A DNA stretch of 64,000 nucleotides from Nanobdellota archaeon (GTDB taxonomy: Archaea > Nanobdellota > Nanobdellia > Pacearchaeales > GW2011-AR1). Where the stretch lies: positions 6,497-70,496 of the forward strand of contig JBBSXN010000003.1 in NCBI GenBank assembly GCA_038045765.1. The letters run 5' to 3'. This document shows positions 24,271 to 33,276 of this stretch, piece by piece. Every line of letters starts with the position of its first letter. Position 1 is the stretch's first letter. The notes beneath the pieces were generated by a model. The model did not search any database and was not told the origin of the DNA. It saw nothing but the letters and a program-made list of their open reading frames with translations. The position numbers and the translations under genes were made by a program.

Positions 24271-24933
24271 ATGGTTAAACCAGGATTGTTTATATGTATA
24301 GAAGGAATTGATGGCTCTGGAAAGAGTACACAGACTAATCTGCTTATTCAACATATTGAGGATTTAGATAAATATATTGATGTGTTGAAGACACATGAGC
24401 CTTGGAGAAGTAAGGAGATAAAGAAGAAATTGAAAGAAGATAAAGATGTTTATTCTAATGAATTTAAATTAGCTGAGTTATTTACACTTGATAGAGCCGA
24501 ACATACAAGAGAGTTAATTGTTCCTAGTTTAAGAAAAGGAATATTTGTTATCGGAAGTAGATATTCAATGTCTACTCTCGCTTATCAATGGGCTCAGGGT
24601 GTCGAATTAGAGAAATTACTTGATTTACATAGAGGAAAAGGAATTTTAATTCCTGATTTAGTGCTTGTTTTTGATTTGCCCGTTAAGGAAGCTTTGAAGA
24701 GATTAAAGAAGAGAGGAGTTGCTAAAGATAAATTTGAGAAAGATAGTGAGTTTATGAAAACACTTATAGATAAGTATAGATTACTTGCTAAGATGGCTAA
24801 TAATAAAGAAGGCAACTTACCTTTTGGTAAAGTTGCTGTTATCAATGCAAATAAGAGCATAGAAAATGTGCAGAAGCAAATCAATAAAGTATTTGATGAA
24901 GTTTATAACGAGTGGAAGAACAGACAGGAATAG
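24271..24933 (+). CDS. tmk: Thymidylate kinase
   Basis: P-loop FICIEGIDGSGKSTQ; DR..S.LAYQ; 220 aa. Confidence 0.85.
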   Translation: MVKPGLFICIEGIDGSGKSTQTNLLIQHIEDLDKYIDVLKTHEPWRSKEIKKKLKEDKDVYSNEFKLAELFTLDRAEHTRELIVPSLRKGIFVIGSRYSMSTLAYQWAQGVELEKLLDLHRGKGILIPDLVLVFDLPVKEALKRLKKRGVAKDKFEKDSEFMKTLIDKYRLLAKMANNKEGNLPFGKVAVINANKSIENVQKQINKVFDEVYNEWKNRQE

Positions 24934-24970
24934 GAATTTTTAAAAGCATAGTTAATTCTTTGATAATTAG

Positions 24971-25052
24971 GCTGATGTTGAGCAGTGGTAGCTTACTTGC
25001 TTGGAGAGCAAGCTTCCGTAAGGTTATGCAGGTTCGATTCCTGCCATCAGCG
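24971..25052 (+). tRNA. tRNA-Ser (anticodon GGA), class II with long variable arm
   Basis: Acceptor GCTGATG/CATCAGC; anticodon stem CTTGC/GCAAG with loop TT-GGA-GA; 15-nt variable arm CTTCCGTAAGGTTAT; T arm GCAGG-TTCGATT-CCTGC; discriminator G. Confidence 0.9.
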
Positions 25053-25064
25053 TTTATTTTTTTT
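25053..25064 (+). terminator. Oligo-T termination signal after tRNA-Ser
   Basis: tttatttttttt immediately 3' of the tRNA. Confidence 0.6.
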
Positions 25065-25107
25065 GAGATTTAGAAGGATTTAAACCATAGATCTTACTAA
25101 ATATAAT

Positions 25108-25377
25108 ATGATAAAAGGTAAAGGTAAAGTTAATTCTAAAAAATCTGGAGAAAGATTACATAAGATGCCTGCAGATTTACAGAAAGTTATAGTGGCGTTT
25201 CCAGCTGTGAAGGCGAAATGGGAAGACATTACTCCTCTTGCTAGGAATGAATGGATTTGTTGGATTGAATCTGCCAAGAAAGTTGAGACAAGGGAAAAGA
25301 AACTTGAGAGAATATGCGAGGATCTCTTAAATGGAAAGCGCAGGCCTTGTTGTTGGCCTGGTTGTGATCATCGTTGA
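25108..25377 (+). CDS. YdeI/OmdA-like small protein
   Basis: P.DL.....P.....W..ITPLARNEWICWIESAKK.ETREKKLER resembles the YdeI/OmpD-associated C-terminal domain. TATA-like TTTAAACC at 25079, 29 nt upstream. Confidence 0.5.
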   Translation: MIKGKGKVNSKKSGERLHKMPADLQKVIVAFPAVKAKWEDITPLARNEWICWIESAKKVETREKKLERICEDLLNGKRRPCCWPGCDHR

Positions 25378-25408
25378 AAATGTTTTGAATATATTTATAT
25401 AAGTATTA

Positions 25409-25744
25409 ATGATAAAAATAATTATGGATAAAATAATAAACAGAGCAATTATTGATGCAGTTGGAACTGCTTTATATATAATTCTCGTTGTGTCATTTAT
25501 ATTTTCTCTTCAAATGTTCTCAGAAAAAGAAGATATTATAATCATTCCAATTGCCATGCTTTTACTTTTTGTGTGTTCAGCAGCAATTACTGGATTCTTA
25601 GTTTTTGGAAAACCAGTAATGTTGTATCTAGATGGAAAAAAGAGAGAAGCAGTTTCATTATTAGGTTATACCATAGGAATGTTGGTACTTTTAACTCTAA
25701 TATCTTTTATTTCTTTGATAGGATATTTTAGTTTGTTTAACTAA
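25409..25744 (+). CDS. Small membrane protein (3 TM)
   Basis: Hydrophobic helices. The alternative start ATG 25424 fits the TATA spacing better. Confidence 0.5.
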   Translation: MIKIIMDKIINRAIIDAVGTALYIILVVSFIFSLQMFSEKEDIIIIPIAMLLLFVCSAAITGFLVFGKPVMLYLDGKKREAVSLLGYTIGMLVLLTLISFISLIGYFSLFN

Positions 25745-25792
25745 TCAAGGGATAGGGTATTATAGTTTGAGTATTTATTTATACTGCAATTG

Positions 25793-25800
25793 TTTAAATA
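25793..25800 (+). promoter_or_regulatory. TATA box TTTAAATA, 29 nt before ATG 25822
   Basis: Exact consensus and spacing. Confidence 0.65.
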
Positions 25801-25821
25801 GATATAAACATATTTTAGAGT

Positions 25822-26232
25822 ATGGCACACCTTAATCCCTTCCTTCGGTTCAATGATGGTGCGTGTCGTGAAGCAATGGAATTCTACAAAGAGTGCTTCG
25901 ACGGAAAACTCACATTCATGACTATTGGTGAAAGCCCTATGGCAAAGGATATGTCTGCAGATAAACAACACTATATCATGCATTCCGAATTAAAAAAAGA
26001 AGGATTATTACTACAAGGTTCTGATATGATGCGTGACACTGCAATCATCGGTGATAATGTAGGCATAACCATTAATTGCGAAAGTGAACATGAAATCAAA
26101 ACGATCTTTGCAAAGCTCTCAGTAGATGGAGAAGTCTTCTGTCAGCTCGGTGAGGCCTTCTGGGGTGCGCTCTTTGGTGTCGTCACCGATAAATATGGCA
26201 TCGAATGGATGCTGAATTACCCGAAGAAATAA
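25822..26232 (+). CDS. PhnB-like VOC/glyoxalase-fold protein
   Basis: L.FNDGACREAMEFYKECFDG ... MHSEL ... FWGALFGVVTDKYGIEWMLN matches the PhnB / 3-demethylubiquinone-MT-like family pattern. Locally elevated GC. Confidence 0.65.
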   Translation: MAHLNPFLRFNDGACREAMEFYKECFDGKLTFMTIGESPMAKDMSADKQHYIMHSELKKEGLLLQGSDMMRDTAIIGDNVGITINCESEHEIKTIFAKLSVDGEVFCQLGEAFWGALFGVVTDKYGIEWMLNYPKK

Positions 26233-26766
26233 TTACGAAAGCTCTTTCTTCAACAATTTATTCGCCGCATTTATTCTCTGGAAACACTCATGATCTCCTT
26301 GAGGCATATCTGGGTGATATTTTCTTGCCAGTAATTTATAATTTTTATTTATTACTTCAATATCCATTTCATCAGGCGAAACACAAAGAGTTTCTCTTGC
26401 TTCTTTGCGTTGTTCAACTAAATCATCATCTTCTGTAAATTCGCGTACAAAATCATCAATGAGAATTTCTTTGGAAAGAAGCCTTGCTACTTCAATTTTT
26501 AAGACTTTTTCAATAATTGCAAGATTTTCAACAAAGGTAGGCATTAAGCCATAACTATACTTCAAATTTCTACCTTGAAAATACCAAGATGCGGAAGCAG
26601 GGAGTTTTTTCTGCGCAAGTATCTGCATAGGTATTTTTATGCTGTGTCTTTCGACTCCAAGTGGTCGCAAAATCAAGACAATGCTATTTTCAATTTGTGT
26701 TGCTCGTCTTCCAAAAGAGTTAGTAATTCGGGAAGGGGCAATTTCGTGACCTTTAATTAATACCAT
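26233..26766 (-). CDS. Atypical J-domain protein (J domain at the C terminus, no G/F, Zn-finger or client-binding domains)
   Basis: C-terminal NKNYKLLARKYHPDM...FQRINAANKLL carries the HPD tripeptide. The N-terminal ~125 aa are unrecognised. Confidence 0.55.
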   Translation of the reverse strand: MVLIKGHEIAPSRITNSFGRRATQIENSIVLILRPLGVERHSIKIPMQILAQKKLPASASWYFQGRNLKYSYGLMPTFVENLAIIEKVLKIEVARLLSKEILIDDFVREFTEDDDLVEQRKEARETLCVSPDEMDIEVINKNYKLLARKYHPDMPQGDHECFQRINAANKLLKKELS

Positions 26767-26787
26767 CGAAATATAGCAAAAAAGACG

Positions 26788-26795
26788 TTTATAAA
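26788..26795 (-). promoter_or_regulatory. Palindromic TATA box TTTATAAA, 29 nt before ATG 26766 (minus)
   Basis: Spacing rule. Confidence 0.55.
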
Positions 26796-26871
26796 GCTAT
26801 TTCATAGCTTAAAATAGCTCCAAATAGATTCATAGGATCATTTATAAGTCTACTTTTAGCCTCTTATAAAC

Positions 26872-27297
26872 ATGGAACAAGAAAAAATGACGGAAAAGGA
26901 ATATCTTGAGAAATTGGCAAGATTACAGGCAGAGTTTGAAAACTTTAGAAGAAGAACAGAGACAGAAAAGAGAGAAAATGCTAGTAATTCAAACGCGAAT
27001 TTAATCTTACAGCTTTTAGAAGTTTTGGATAATTTTGAAATAGCTATTAAATATTCTGCAGATCCTGGAATAAAATTAGTTTACTCTCAATTATATAAAA
27101 TTTTGGAAAGACAAGGGCTAAAACAAATTAAAACAGATGGGAAGTTTAATCCAAATATCCATGAAGCTATAATCAAAGAAGAGGGAGAAACATATGGGAA
27201 GATTCTTGAAGAAATAAAGAAAGGATATATGCTAAATGATAAGCTTATAAGGGCATCAAAAGTAAGAATAACTATTTTAAAGGAAAATAAAAAATGA
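26872..27297 (+). CDS. grpE: Nucleotide exchange factor GrpE (short form)
   Basis: LQAEFENFRRR; LLEVLDNFE; NPNIHEAI; GY.LNDKLIRASKV. Overlaps dnaK by 4 nt. Confidence 0.85.
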   Translation: MEQEKMTEKEYLEKLARLQAEFENFRRRTETEKRENASNSNANLILQLLEVLDNFEIAIKYSADPGIKLVYSQLYKILERQGLKQIKTDGKFNPNIHEAIIKEEGETYGKILEEIKKGYMLNDKLIRASKVRITILKENKK

Positions 27298-29054
27298 ACA
27301 AAACAATTGGAATAGATTTAGGTACAACATTTTCGGCAGTAAGCGTAATGGAAGGAGGAAAACCAAAGATTATTCCTGATTCAGAAGGTAAAAATACTAT
27401 GCCTAGTGTCGTTTCAATCAATGGAAATGATATACTTGTTGGTGAAGTTGCTAAAAGAGGTGCAGTTGCAAATCCTGCAAGCACTATAAGAAGTATAAAA
27501 AGAAAGATGGGGACTAAAGATAAAGTAAGAATAGGAGAAAAGGAGTATACTCCTGAAGAAATCTCGGCAATGATTCTACAAAAGCTAAAGAAAGATGCAG
27601 AAGCTTACTTAGGACAAGAAGTAACTGATGCAGTAATTACTGTCCCTGCTTATTTTGGAGATGCACAAAGAAATGCTACTAAGGATGCAGGAATTATTGC
27701 AGGATTAAACGTAAAAAGAATAATTAATGAACCAACAGCCGCCGCATTAGCGTATGGTTTGGATAGGTCAGAAGACCATACTATTCTTGTTTTCGATTTT
27801 GGTGGAGGAACTTTTGACGTTTCTATTCTAGAACTTGGAGGAGGAGTATTCGAAGTCAAATCTACTAGTGGAGATAATTACTTGGGTGGAGATGATATAG
27901 ATGATCTTATTATTGATTACTTGGCTGCTGAGTTTAAGAAAATAAATAATATTGATCTAAAAACAAATTTAGTTTCATTACAGAGATTAAGAGATGCTGC
28001 TGAAATTGCAAAGATTGAACTTAGTTCAGTTCAAGAAACAAAAATAACAATCCCATATATTCATACAGATGCTCATGGACAAAAGCATTTAGATGTAACT
28101 CTTACTCGAACAATGCTTGAAACAATTTGTGAAGGAATATTTGAAAGACTTAAAGGCCCTACAAAACAAGCTTTAAAAGATTCAAAAGTAGCAAAGATAG
28201 ACAAAGTAATTTTAGTTGGAGGCAGTACAAGAATACCTAAGGTTCAAAAATTAGTTCAAGAAATAACTGGATTAGTTCCAGACACTTCAATTAATCCGGA
28301 TGAAGCAGTTTCTCTAGGAGCAGCAATACAAGGTGGAATTATAAGTGGAGAAATAAAAGATATATTGTTATTAGATGTAACTCCATTAACATTAGGAATT
28401 GAAGTCATGGGTGGATTACGTGCTTCATTAATTGAGAGAAATACTACTATTCCAACTAAAAAGAGCCAGGTATTTACAACTACTGTGGATAATCAGCAAT
28501 CTGTAAATATTCACGTTTTACAAGGCGAAAGAGAAATGGCTGATGACAATAGATCTTTAGGCATGTTCGACTTACAAGGAATTCCTCCTGCACCTAGAGG
28601 CATACCTCAAATAGAAGTTTCATTTGATATTGATACCAACGGTATTGTTCAAGTATCTGCTAAGGACTTGGGAACAGGAATAGAGCAGAAAATAATAGTT
28701 ACCGGTGGAGCATTAACTGAAATGGAAATAAAGAAAATGATTAAAGATTCTGAAAAGTATAAGGAGCAAGATCAAAGAAAGAGAGAAAATATAGAAACAA
28801 GACAGGAAGGGGAAGCACTTATTCACGCAACTGAAAAAATGGTTGCAATGTACAAAGATAAGGTAGATGAAAATACTATAAGTACAATAACTAATGAAAT
28901 TGAGGAACTTAAAATTCTAGTCCGAGATAATAACTCGAAAGCTATTAGGATAAAAATACAAGATATTCAGAGAGTCTCACAGGAAATCGGAATAAAGATC
29001 TATCAACAAACTGCTGCAGAAAATGCAAAAAATAAGAAAGTTATAAGTTTATAA
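27294..29054 (+). CDS. dnaK: Hsp70 chaperone DnaK
   Basis: IGIDLGTT.SAV; DAVITVPAYF; NEPTAAALAYG; VFDFGGGTFDVSIL; ILVGGSTRIPKVQ; DVTPLTLGIE. 586 aa. Confidence 0.95.
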   Translation: MNKTIGIDLGTTFSAVSVMEGGKPKIIPDSEGKNTMPSVVSINGNDILVGEVAKRGAVANPASTIRSIKRKMGTKDKVRIGEKEYTPEEISAMILQKLKKDAEAYLGQEVTDAVITVPAYFGDAQRNATKDAGIIAGLNVKRIINEPTAAALAYGLDRSEDHTILVFDFGGGTFDVSILELGGGVFEVKSTSGDNYLGGDDIDDLIIDYLAAEFKKINNIDLKTNLVSLQRLRDAAEIAKIELSSVQETKITIPYIHTDAHGQKHLDVTLTRTMLETICEGIFERLKGPTKQALKDSKVAKIDKVILVGGSTRIPKVQKLVQEITGLVPDTSINPDEAVSLGAAIQGGIISGEIKDILLLDVTPLTLGIEVMGGLRASLIERNTTIPTKKSQVFTTTVDNQQSVNIHVLQGEREMADDNRSLGMFDLQGIPPAPRGIPQIEVSFDIDTNGIVQVSAKDLGTGIEQKIIVTGGALTEMEIKKMIKDSEKYKEQDQRKRENIETRQEGEALIHATEKMVAMYKDKVDENTISTITNEIEELKILVRDNNSKAIRIKIQDIQRVSQEIGIKIYQQTAAENAKNKKVISL

Positions 29055-29075
29055 CTACTCCTTTTTGTTAATTTT

Positions 29076-29282
29076 ATGGATAATTATAGGTCTTGTGTTG
29101 AATGTCCTTTTTTGGAGAATTATAATACGAAGGATTTTTGCGGAGCTATGAAGATCAGAAAGGAGATACCTCCAAGTACCTTAGTTGATTACTGTTGGAC
29201 TCCAGATCATAGAAATTGTATTAATTTTATAAGAGAAATAAAAGATGTTGAAAGCGAGAGTGCTCATGGTAGAAAGATATAA
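29076..29282 (+). CDS. Small Cys-rich protein, unknown function
   Basis: 68 aa with five Cys and two His: C7, C10 (a CxxC pair), C22, C40, H45, C48, H64. TATA-like TTTATAAC at 29048 overlaps the dnaK stop codon. Confidence 0.4.
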   Translation: MDNYRSCVECPFLENYNTKDFCGAMKIRKEIPPSTLVDYCWTPDHRNCINFIREIKDVESESAHGRKI

Positions 29283-29307
29283 ATAATCAATTTATTTTTG
29301 TTTGCTT

Positions 29308-29679
29308 ATGAAACATAGAACTGTTAAGATAATTTATTGGGTATTTACTATTCTATTTTGTGCATTTATGTTGTTTTCTGGTGTTGTAGAGTTAATGCAG
29401 ACCGAATCTGCACAGAAAGGACTTATTGATTTAGGTTATCCAGTTTATCTTAATTATATAATTGGAGTTGCTAAGCTTTTAGGAGTATTAGCTATTTTAC
29501 AGAATAGATTTAAGGAACTGAAGGAATGGGCTTATGCAGGATTTACTATTGACATTGTTGGAGCAGGAGCTTCATTTGTATTAAGTGGAATGGGAATTAT
29601 GTCTGTTGTTTTCATATTACCTTTCTTAGTAGTTTTGTTTGTTTCTTACTTTTCCTGGAAAAAGCTTGAAGGGATTTAG
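29308..29679 (+). CDS. DoxX-like membrane protein
   Basis: Four hydrophobic helices; KIIYWVFTILFCAFMLFSGV..L. ATG 29308 is 30 nt after TATAAATA at 29278 (track starts at TTG 29302). Confidence 0.55.
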   Translation: MKHRTVKIIYWVFTILFCAFMLFSGVVELMQTESAQKGLIDLGYPVYLNYIIGVAKLLGVLAILQNRFKELKEWAYAGFTIDIVGAGASFVLSGMGIMSVVFILPFLVVLFVSYFSWKKLEGI

Positions 29680-29859
29680 ATAAATTACTACTTTTTATTT
29701 AATCATAAATGGAATAAGTATTCCTAAAAAGAATAAAACAAGCAAGATAAATCCGATTATAAGTATTATTTTCTTATCTTTATCCATTATTCAGGGTATG
29801 AAACTTGATATATAAAAGTTTATAAATAATAGAAAGGTGATAGTTAAACATAAAGGTAT

Positions 29860-30672
29860 ATGAAAATGAGAAACAAAGTATTATATTTATTCTTCTTTGC
29901 TTTATTAGTTAGTCTTTCTTTTGTTTCTGCTGTTGATGTTCGAATTAACGTATCTACATATGATAATCATAAGGTATATGTAACTGTCTTAAAAACAGGT
30001 TCTTCTTATTTCTTTATAGACAGTTTTTCTGGAAAGACTGATGCATTTGGAAAATATTCTGTAATTAAAACAATTGAAACTACTGAAACTAAGTTGAAAT
30101 ATATTATCGTTGTTAAGGATGAACTTGGTGAAGCTAAGTTTACTGAGAAGATAGATAGTCAGGATACTACTGAAGGGATTAATTTGTATTTAGGCGTTGA
30201 GAAGCCTGTTGTTGAAAAACCTGTTGAACCAGTTGTCAATGTTACTAATGTTAGTGTTGTAAATACCAACGTTTCAGATGTTTCCAGCAATAATTCTGTT
30301 TCAGGATTTAGCATAAGTTCTGTTAGTGATAGCTTTAAGAAACTTCCGAAATGGGTTTATTATAGCCTTCTTGGATTGCTTGTTGTTGGTTTGTTAGGAT
30401 TTTACATATCTAGAAATGGAATGCCTATGCCTTCATTCAAACATACTTCTTCTACTAGTTCAAGTAGCATTTCTCCCATATCTACTCAAGTTAGTATATC
30501 TTCAGATAATGTTTCTTCTTTAACTAAACAGATTGATGAAGCTGAACAGAAGATTAAGGATGCTAGATCGCAGATAAATAAGATGAAGAATCAAGATAAG
30601 ATAAAACAGATGGAAGAAAGACTTAAGAAAGAAAGAGAAGAATTGGATAAGTTGAAGAACGGCGAAGATTAA
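29860..30672 (+). CDS. Type-I membrane protein: signal peptide, extracellular domain, TM helix, Ser-rich and coiled-coil cytoplasmic tail
   Basis: VLYLFFFALLVSLSFVSA signal; VEKPVVEKPVEP linker; TM WVYYSLLGLLVVGLLGFYI; C-terminal KIKDARSQINKMKNQDKIKQMEERLKKEREELDKLK. Confidence 0.55.
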   Translation: MKMRNKVLYLFFFALLVSLSFVSAVDVRINVSTYDNHKVYVTVLKTGSSYFFIDSFSGKTDAFGKYSVIKTIETTETKLKYIIVVKDELGEAKFTEKIDSQDTTEGINLYLGVEKPVVEKPVEPVVNVTNVSVVNTNVSDVSSNNSVSGFSISSVSDSFKKLPKWVYYSLLGLLVVGLLGFYISRNGMPMPSFKHTSSTSSSSISPISTQVSISSDNVSSLTKQIDEAEQKIKDARSQINKMKNQDKIKQMEERLKKEREELDKLKNGED

Positions 30673-30677
30673 TTATT

Positions 30678-31427
30678 TTATTTAATATCTTTACAATTAT
30701 CCCACATAAACTGAAAGAATTTTCTATAACCATCAGCTAATTGTTGATTCTTCATCACAAATTGAATAGGCTCATCATTTAATTTTCCTGGCTCTACACC
30801 AACAAAAGCCACGACATAGGGGCCGAAAATATCTATTGCAGTATCGCTTGAATATTTTTTAGGAAGGAATTTATATGGTTTTCCAACAGTCTTTAAAATT
30901 TCAGGTTTTTGCTCTTTTACTTCATGATCAAATAAATGTACAAATTTAATTCCTAATTTCTTTCTTTCTCTTTGAAAATTAGCTAGGAAATGCTCTAACC
31001 TTGGGTCAAGCCAAAAAGCTTTAGCTCCAATGAAATAAACGGTTTCTTTTGTCTTTAAAATATCTGCTAAATAATTCTTAAACCCTTCAATGCCCTTATA
31101 GAAATAAGCATCTACTTCTGGTTCAACTCTATCAAAGAGTTCATGCATTGCAGGGAGGGATTGATTTACTTCTTCCTGTTTTTCCTTCAATAAAGCAAGC
31201 AATCTGTTTGGATCTGTAGGTTTGAAAAGTTTTTCTCCTTTGACAAAAGATTCAGAAGCAAGTCCTTTTTCCTGCAATTTGGCTAAACTATCATACACAT
31301 TTCTTCTATGAACTCCTGATTTGATAGAAATAGTTTGAACGGAAGCTTCTCCAACTTTAAGCAAGGCTTCGTATACTCTTGACTCATTGACACTTAGTCC
31401 AATATCTCTAAGCAATTCTTCAAACAT
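30678..31427 (-). CDS. TrmB-family transcriptional regulator
   Basis: N-terminal wHTH LGLSVNESRVYEALLKVGEASVQTISIKSGVHRRNVYDSLAKLQEKGL. TATA box TATAAAAA (minus) at 31456, 29 nt from the ATG. Confidence 0.75.
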   Translation of the reverse strand: MFEELLRDIGLSVNESRVYEALLKVGEASVQTISIKSGVHRRNVYDSLAKLQEKGLASESFVKGEKLFKPTDPNRLLALLKEKQEEVNQSLPAMHELFDRVEPEVDAYFYKGIEGFKNYLADILKTKETVYFIGAKAFWLDPRLEHFLANFQRERKKLGIKFVHLFDHEVKEQKPEILKTVGKPYKFLPKKYSSDTAIDIFGPYVVAFVGVEPGKLNDEPIQFVMKNQQLADGYRKFFQFMWDNCKDIK

Positions 31428-31468
31428 GTAATACTTAGTTTTACCATATTTTTATATCTTTCTATATT

Positions 31469-31484
31469 GGTGGTATTTACCACC
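31469..31484. promoter_or_regulatory. Perfect 16-bp palindrome GGTGGTA-TT-TACCACC between two divergent TATA boxes; candidate TrmB operator
   Basis: Lies between the minus-strand TATA (31449-31456) and the plus-strand TATA TTTAAATA (31492-31499). Confidence 0.5.
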
Positions 31485-31520
31485 GCTTGAATTTAAATAC
31501 CTGCTTTTATGAAATTTTTC

Positions 31521-32186
31521 ATGGAAAAACAAGAAGAAATTCTTCCTCTTATTAGGGGTAGTTGGTATATAGCCGAAGCTGAAGATAAACAAGGAGCAGT
31601 AGTTTTATCAGATAGTTCTCAGCGAGGTGAAGGGCTTTGGACCCAGGAAGACGTTAAGGAATATCTTACTCAAAATAAATCAAAGTTAAGTTTACTGGAA
31701 GTTATTACTGTAAACGATATAGGTGAATACCCAAAGTTAAATATCTATTCTGATGAATCTCGTGCAGAAGGATTTCATCTAGGGGCAAATCCATTTTCAT
31801 ATCGTGGAAACTACTGGATATCACCATCAATTGCAAAAGATTTATCTGGAGCATCTGCTGAAGAAGCGCGAGAACTTGATGGATTTGTATGGTTAGTCAA
31901 ATATAGAAATTCCTATGATTGGGGAACCAACCCAATATATAGCACCTCAGTTATGGCTAAAGATGATCAAGATTTGCGTGATTTTTTTAATCATCCTAAT
32001 CGCAGTATAAGATGGTGGGTGATGGGGCATAGACCATTACAGGAACGAGCACTTGAAGCAGGTCTTAAACTTACTCCCAAAATAATTTTTACTGAGGGTG
32101 CAATTGCAGGTTATCAGGCAGATATAAAAGAACATGAAGATAGAAAAGCAAGAGAAGATTTAGCTAGACAATTTTCAAGATGGTAA
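31521..32186 (+). CDS. Hypothetical protein (Trp/Arg-rich, unlike its neighbours)
   Basis: Start set at ATG 31521, 29 nt from TTTAAATA at 31492 (track start 31509 is only 17 nt from the box). Confidence 0.5.
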   Translation: MEKQEEILPLIRGSWYIAEAEDKQGAVVLSDSSQRGEGLWTQEDVKEYLTQNKSKLSLLEVITVNDIGEYPKLNIYSDESRAEGFHLGANPFSYRGNYWISPSIAKDLSGASAEEARELDGFVWLVKYRNSYDWGTNPIYSTSVMAKDDQDLRDFFNHPNRSIRWWVMGHRPLQERALEAGLKLTPKIIFTEGAIAGYQADIKEHEDRKAREDLARQFSRW

Positions 32187-32218
32187 TGGAGCTTTCAAAT
32201 TTACAATTTATCTCTTTT

Positions 32219-32494
32219 CTATTCCAAACCAAATAACTCTGTGAAGTTTGATATCATCCTATACTTTTCAAGATATTCATTACCTTTTTCTGTTATTGAG
32301 TATGTTTTATTTTTTCCATCTATCTTTTCAGATACAAATTTCTTATTCATTAATTCTGTTAGATAGATTTCCATCATTATATGTGAAAGATTGGATTTGT
32401 ATAAAATATGGGTTGGTTTTATCTTTCCATTTTTTGATTTTATGACTTCCAGTATGTCTTTTATTATTTCAAGTTTTGTTCTTTTTTTGTTCAT
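32219..32494 (-). CDS. Small winged-helix DNA-binding protein
   Basis: 91 aa; KLEIIKDILEVI.....IKPTHILYKSNLS......YL.EL.....V...........Y.ITEKG..YL is the pattern of archaeal wHTH proteins. Overlaps the upstream membrane gene by 4 nt. Confidence 0.55.
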   Translation of the reverse strand: MNKKRTKLEIIKDILEVIKSKNGKIKPTHILYKSNLSHIMMEIYLTELMNKKFVSEKIDGKNKTYSITEKGNEYLEKYRMISNFTELFGLE

Positions 32495-33150
32495 TTTTTA
32501 AGGGTTCTGACTAATCCGAAAAGCATGATACTATATGCGCAAAGCTCCAGTATGTGACTGATTACATAAGATGAGTAAAATTGATCTGAGAATACGAGAT
32601 CAAGATTACTCAATAATAATAACAAGAAAGAGGAGAATATTATCAATGTTTTTTTGTTTTTGTTCTTTATCCATTCTAAAATATAATTGTATGATATGAA
32701 AGTTAGAAGAAATACTGAAAGTATTCTAAATGTCAGTAGCTTATTGAAACTTGAGGCTAAGACTAATAGACCAAGGCCTAGAAGAAGATAATATAATTCT
32801 CCTTTTTCAATTTTAAATGTAGTATAGGCTAGTGTTATTAATCCAGATATGAAAAGAGCCATATGAAGGTAGATGCTCGAAATGTATATTAGTGGAAGGC
32901 CTTCTGTGGTTAGAATCATGTATCCAGTGCCAGTATCTTTTAATAAAATTATATTTATTATTGCCCAAGTTAAATAGGATAGAGAAATTAATAAAAAGCC
33001 CAGACCGAATCTTTTTAATGAATCTTCTCTGCAAGTTTTATAGCATGAAAAAGCAATGATGGCTATGGATATGGTAATTATTCCGAATAGAATTTCCATC
33101 CCAATTCCAAATTTAAAGAACCAATCTGGAATTAAATAAGAATAAGTCAT
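32491..33150 (-). CDS. Polytopic membrane protein (about 7 TM), unknown function
   Basis: Hydrophobic throughout. TATA CTTAAAAA (minus) at 33179, 29 nt from ATG 33150. Confidence 0.55.
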   Translation of the reverse strand: MTYSYLIPDWFFKFGIGMEILFGIITISIAIIAFSCYKTCREDSLKRFGLGFLLISLSYLTWAIINIILLKDTGTGYMILTTEGLPLIYISSIYLHMALFISGLITLAYTTFKIEKGELYYLLLGLGLLVLASSFNKLLTFRILSVFLLTFISYNYILEWIKNKNKKTLIIFSSFLLLLLSNLDLVFSDQFYSSYVISHILELCAYSIMLFGLVRTLKK

Positions 33151-33276
33151 CTCTTAAAAGGTCATTTTAGGTTTTTAAGGCTTATGGAAGATAATTCTAG
33201 AGTTGCCTTCTAGAGCAGAGTTTAACAAGTCATTAATAAAGGCTTTTCTTAAATATTTCAAGCACTCAATATGGAG

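Noticed and set aside
29695-29787. A 30-codon minus-strand ORF (MDKDKKIILIIGFILLVLFFLGILIPFMIK) in the spacer before 29860.
   Set aside because: It is plausibly a tiny TM peptide. It has no supporting TATA box at the standard distance and no conservation evidence is available, so it is indistinguishable from chance in AT-rich DNA.
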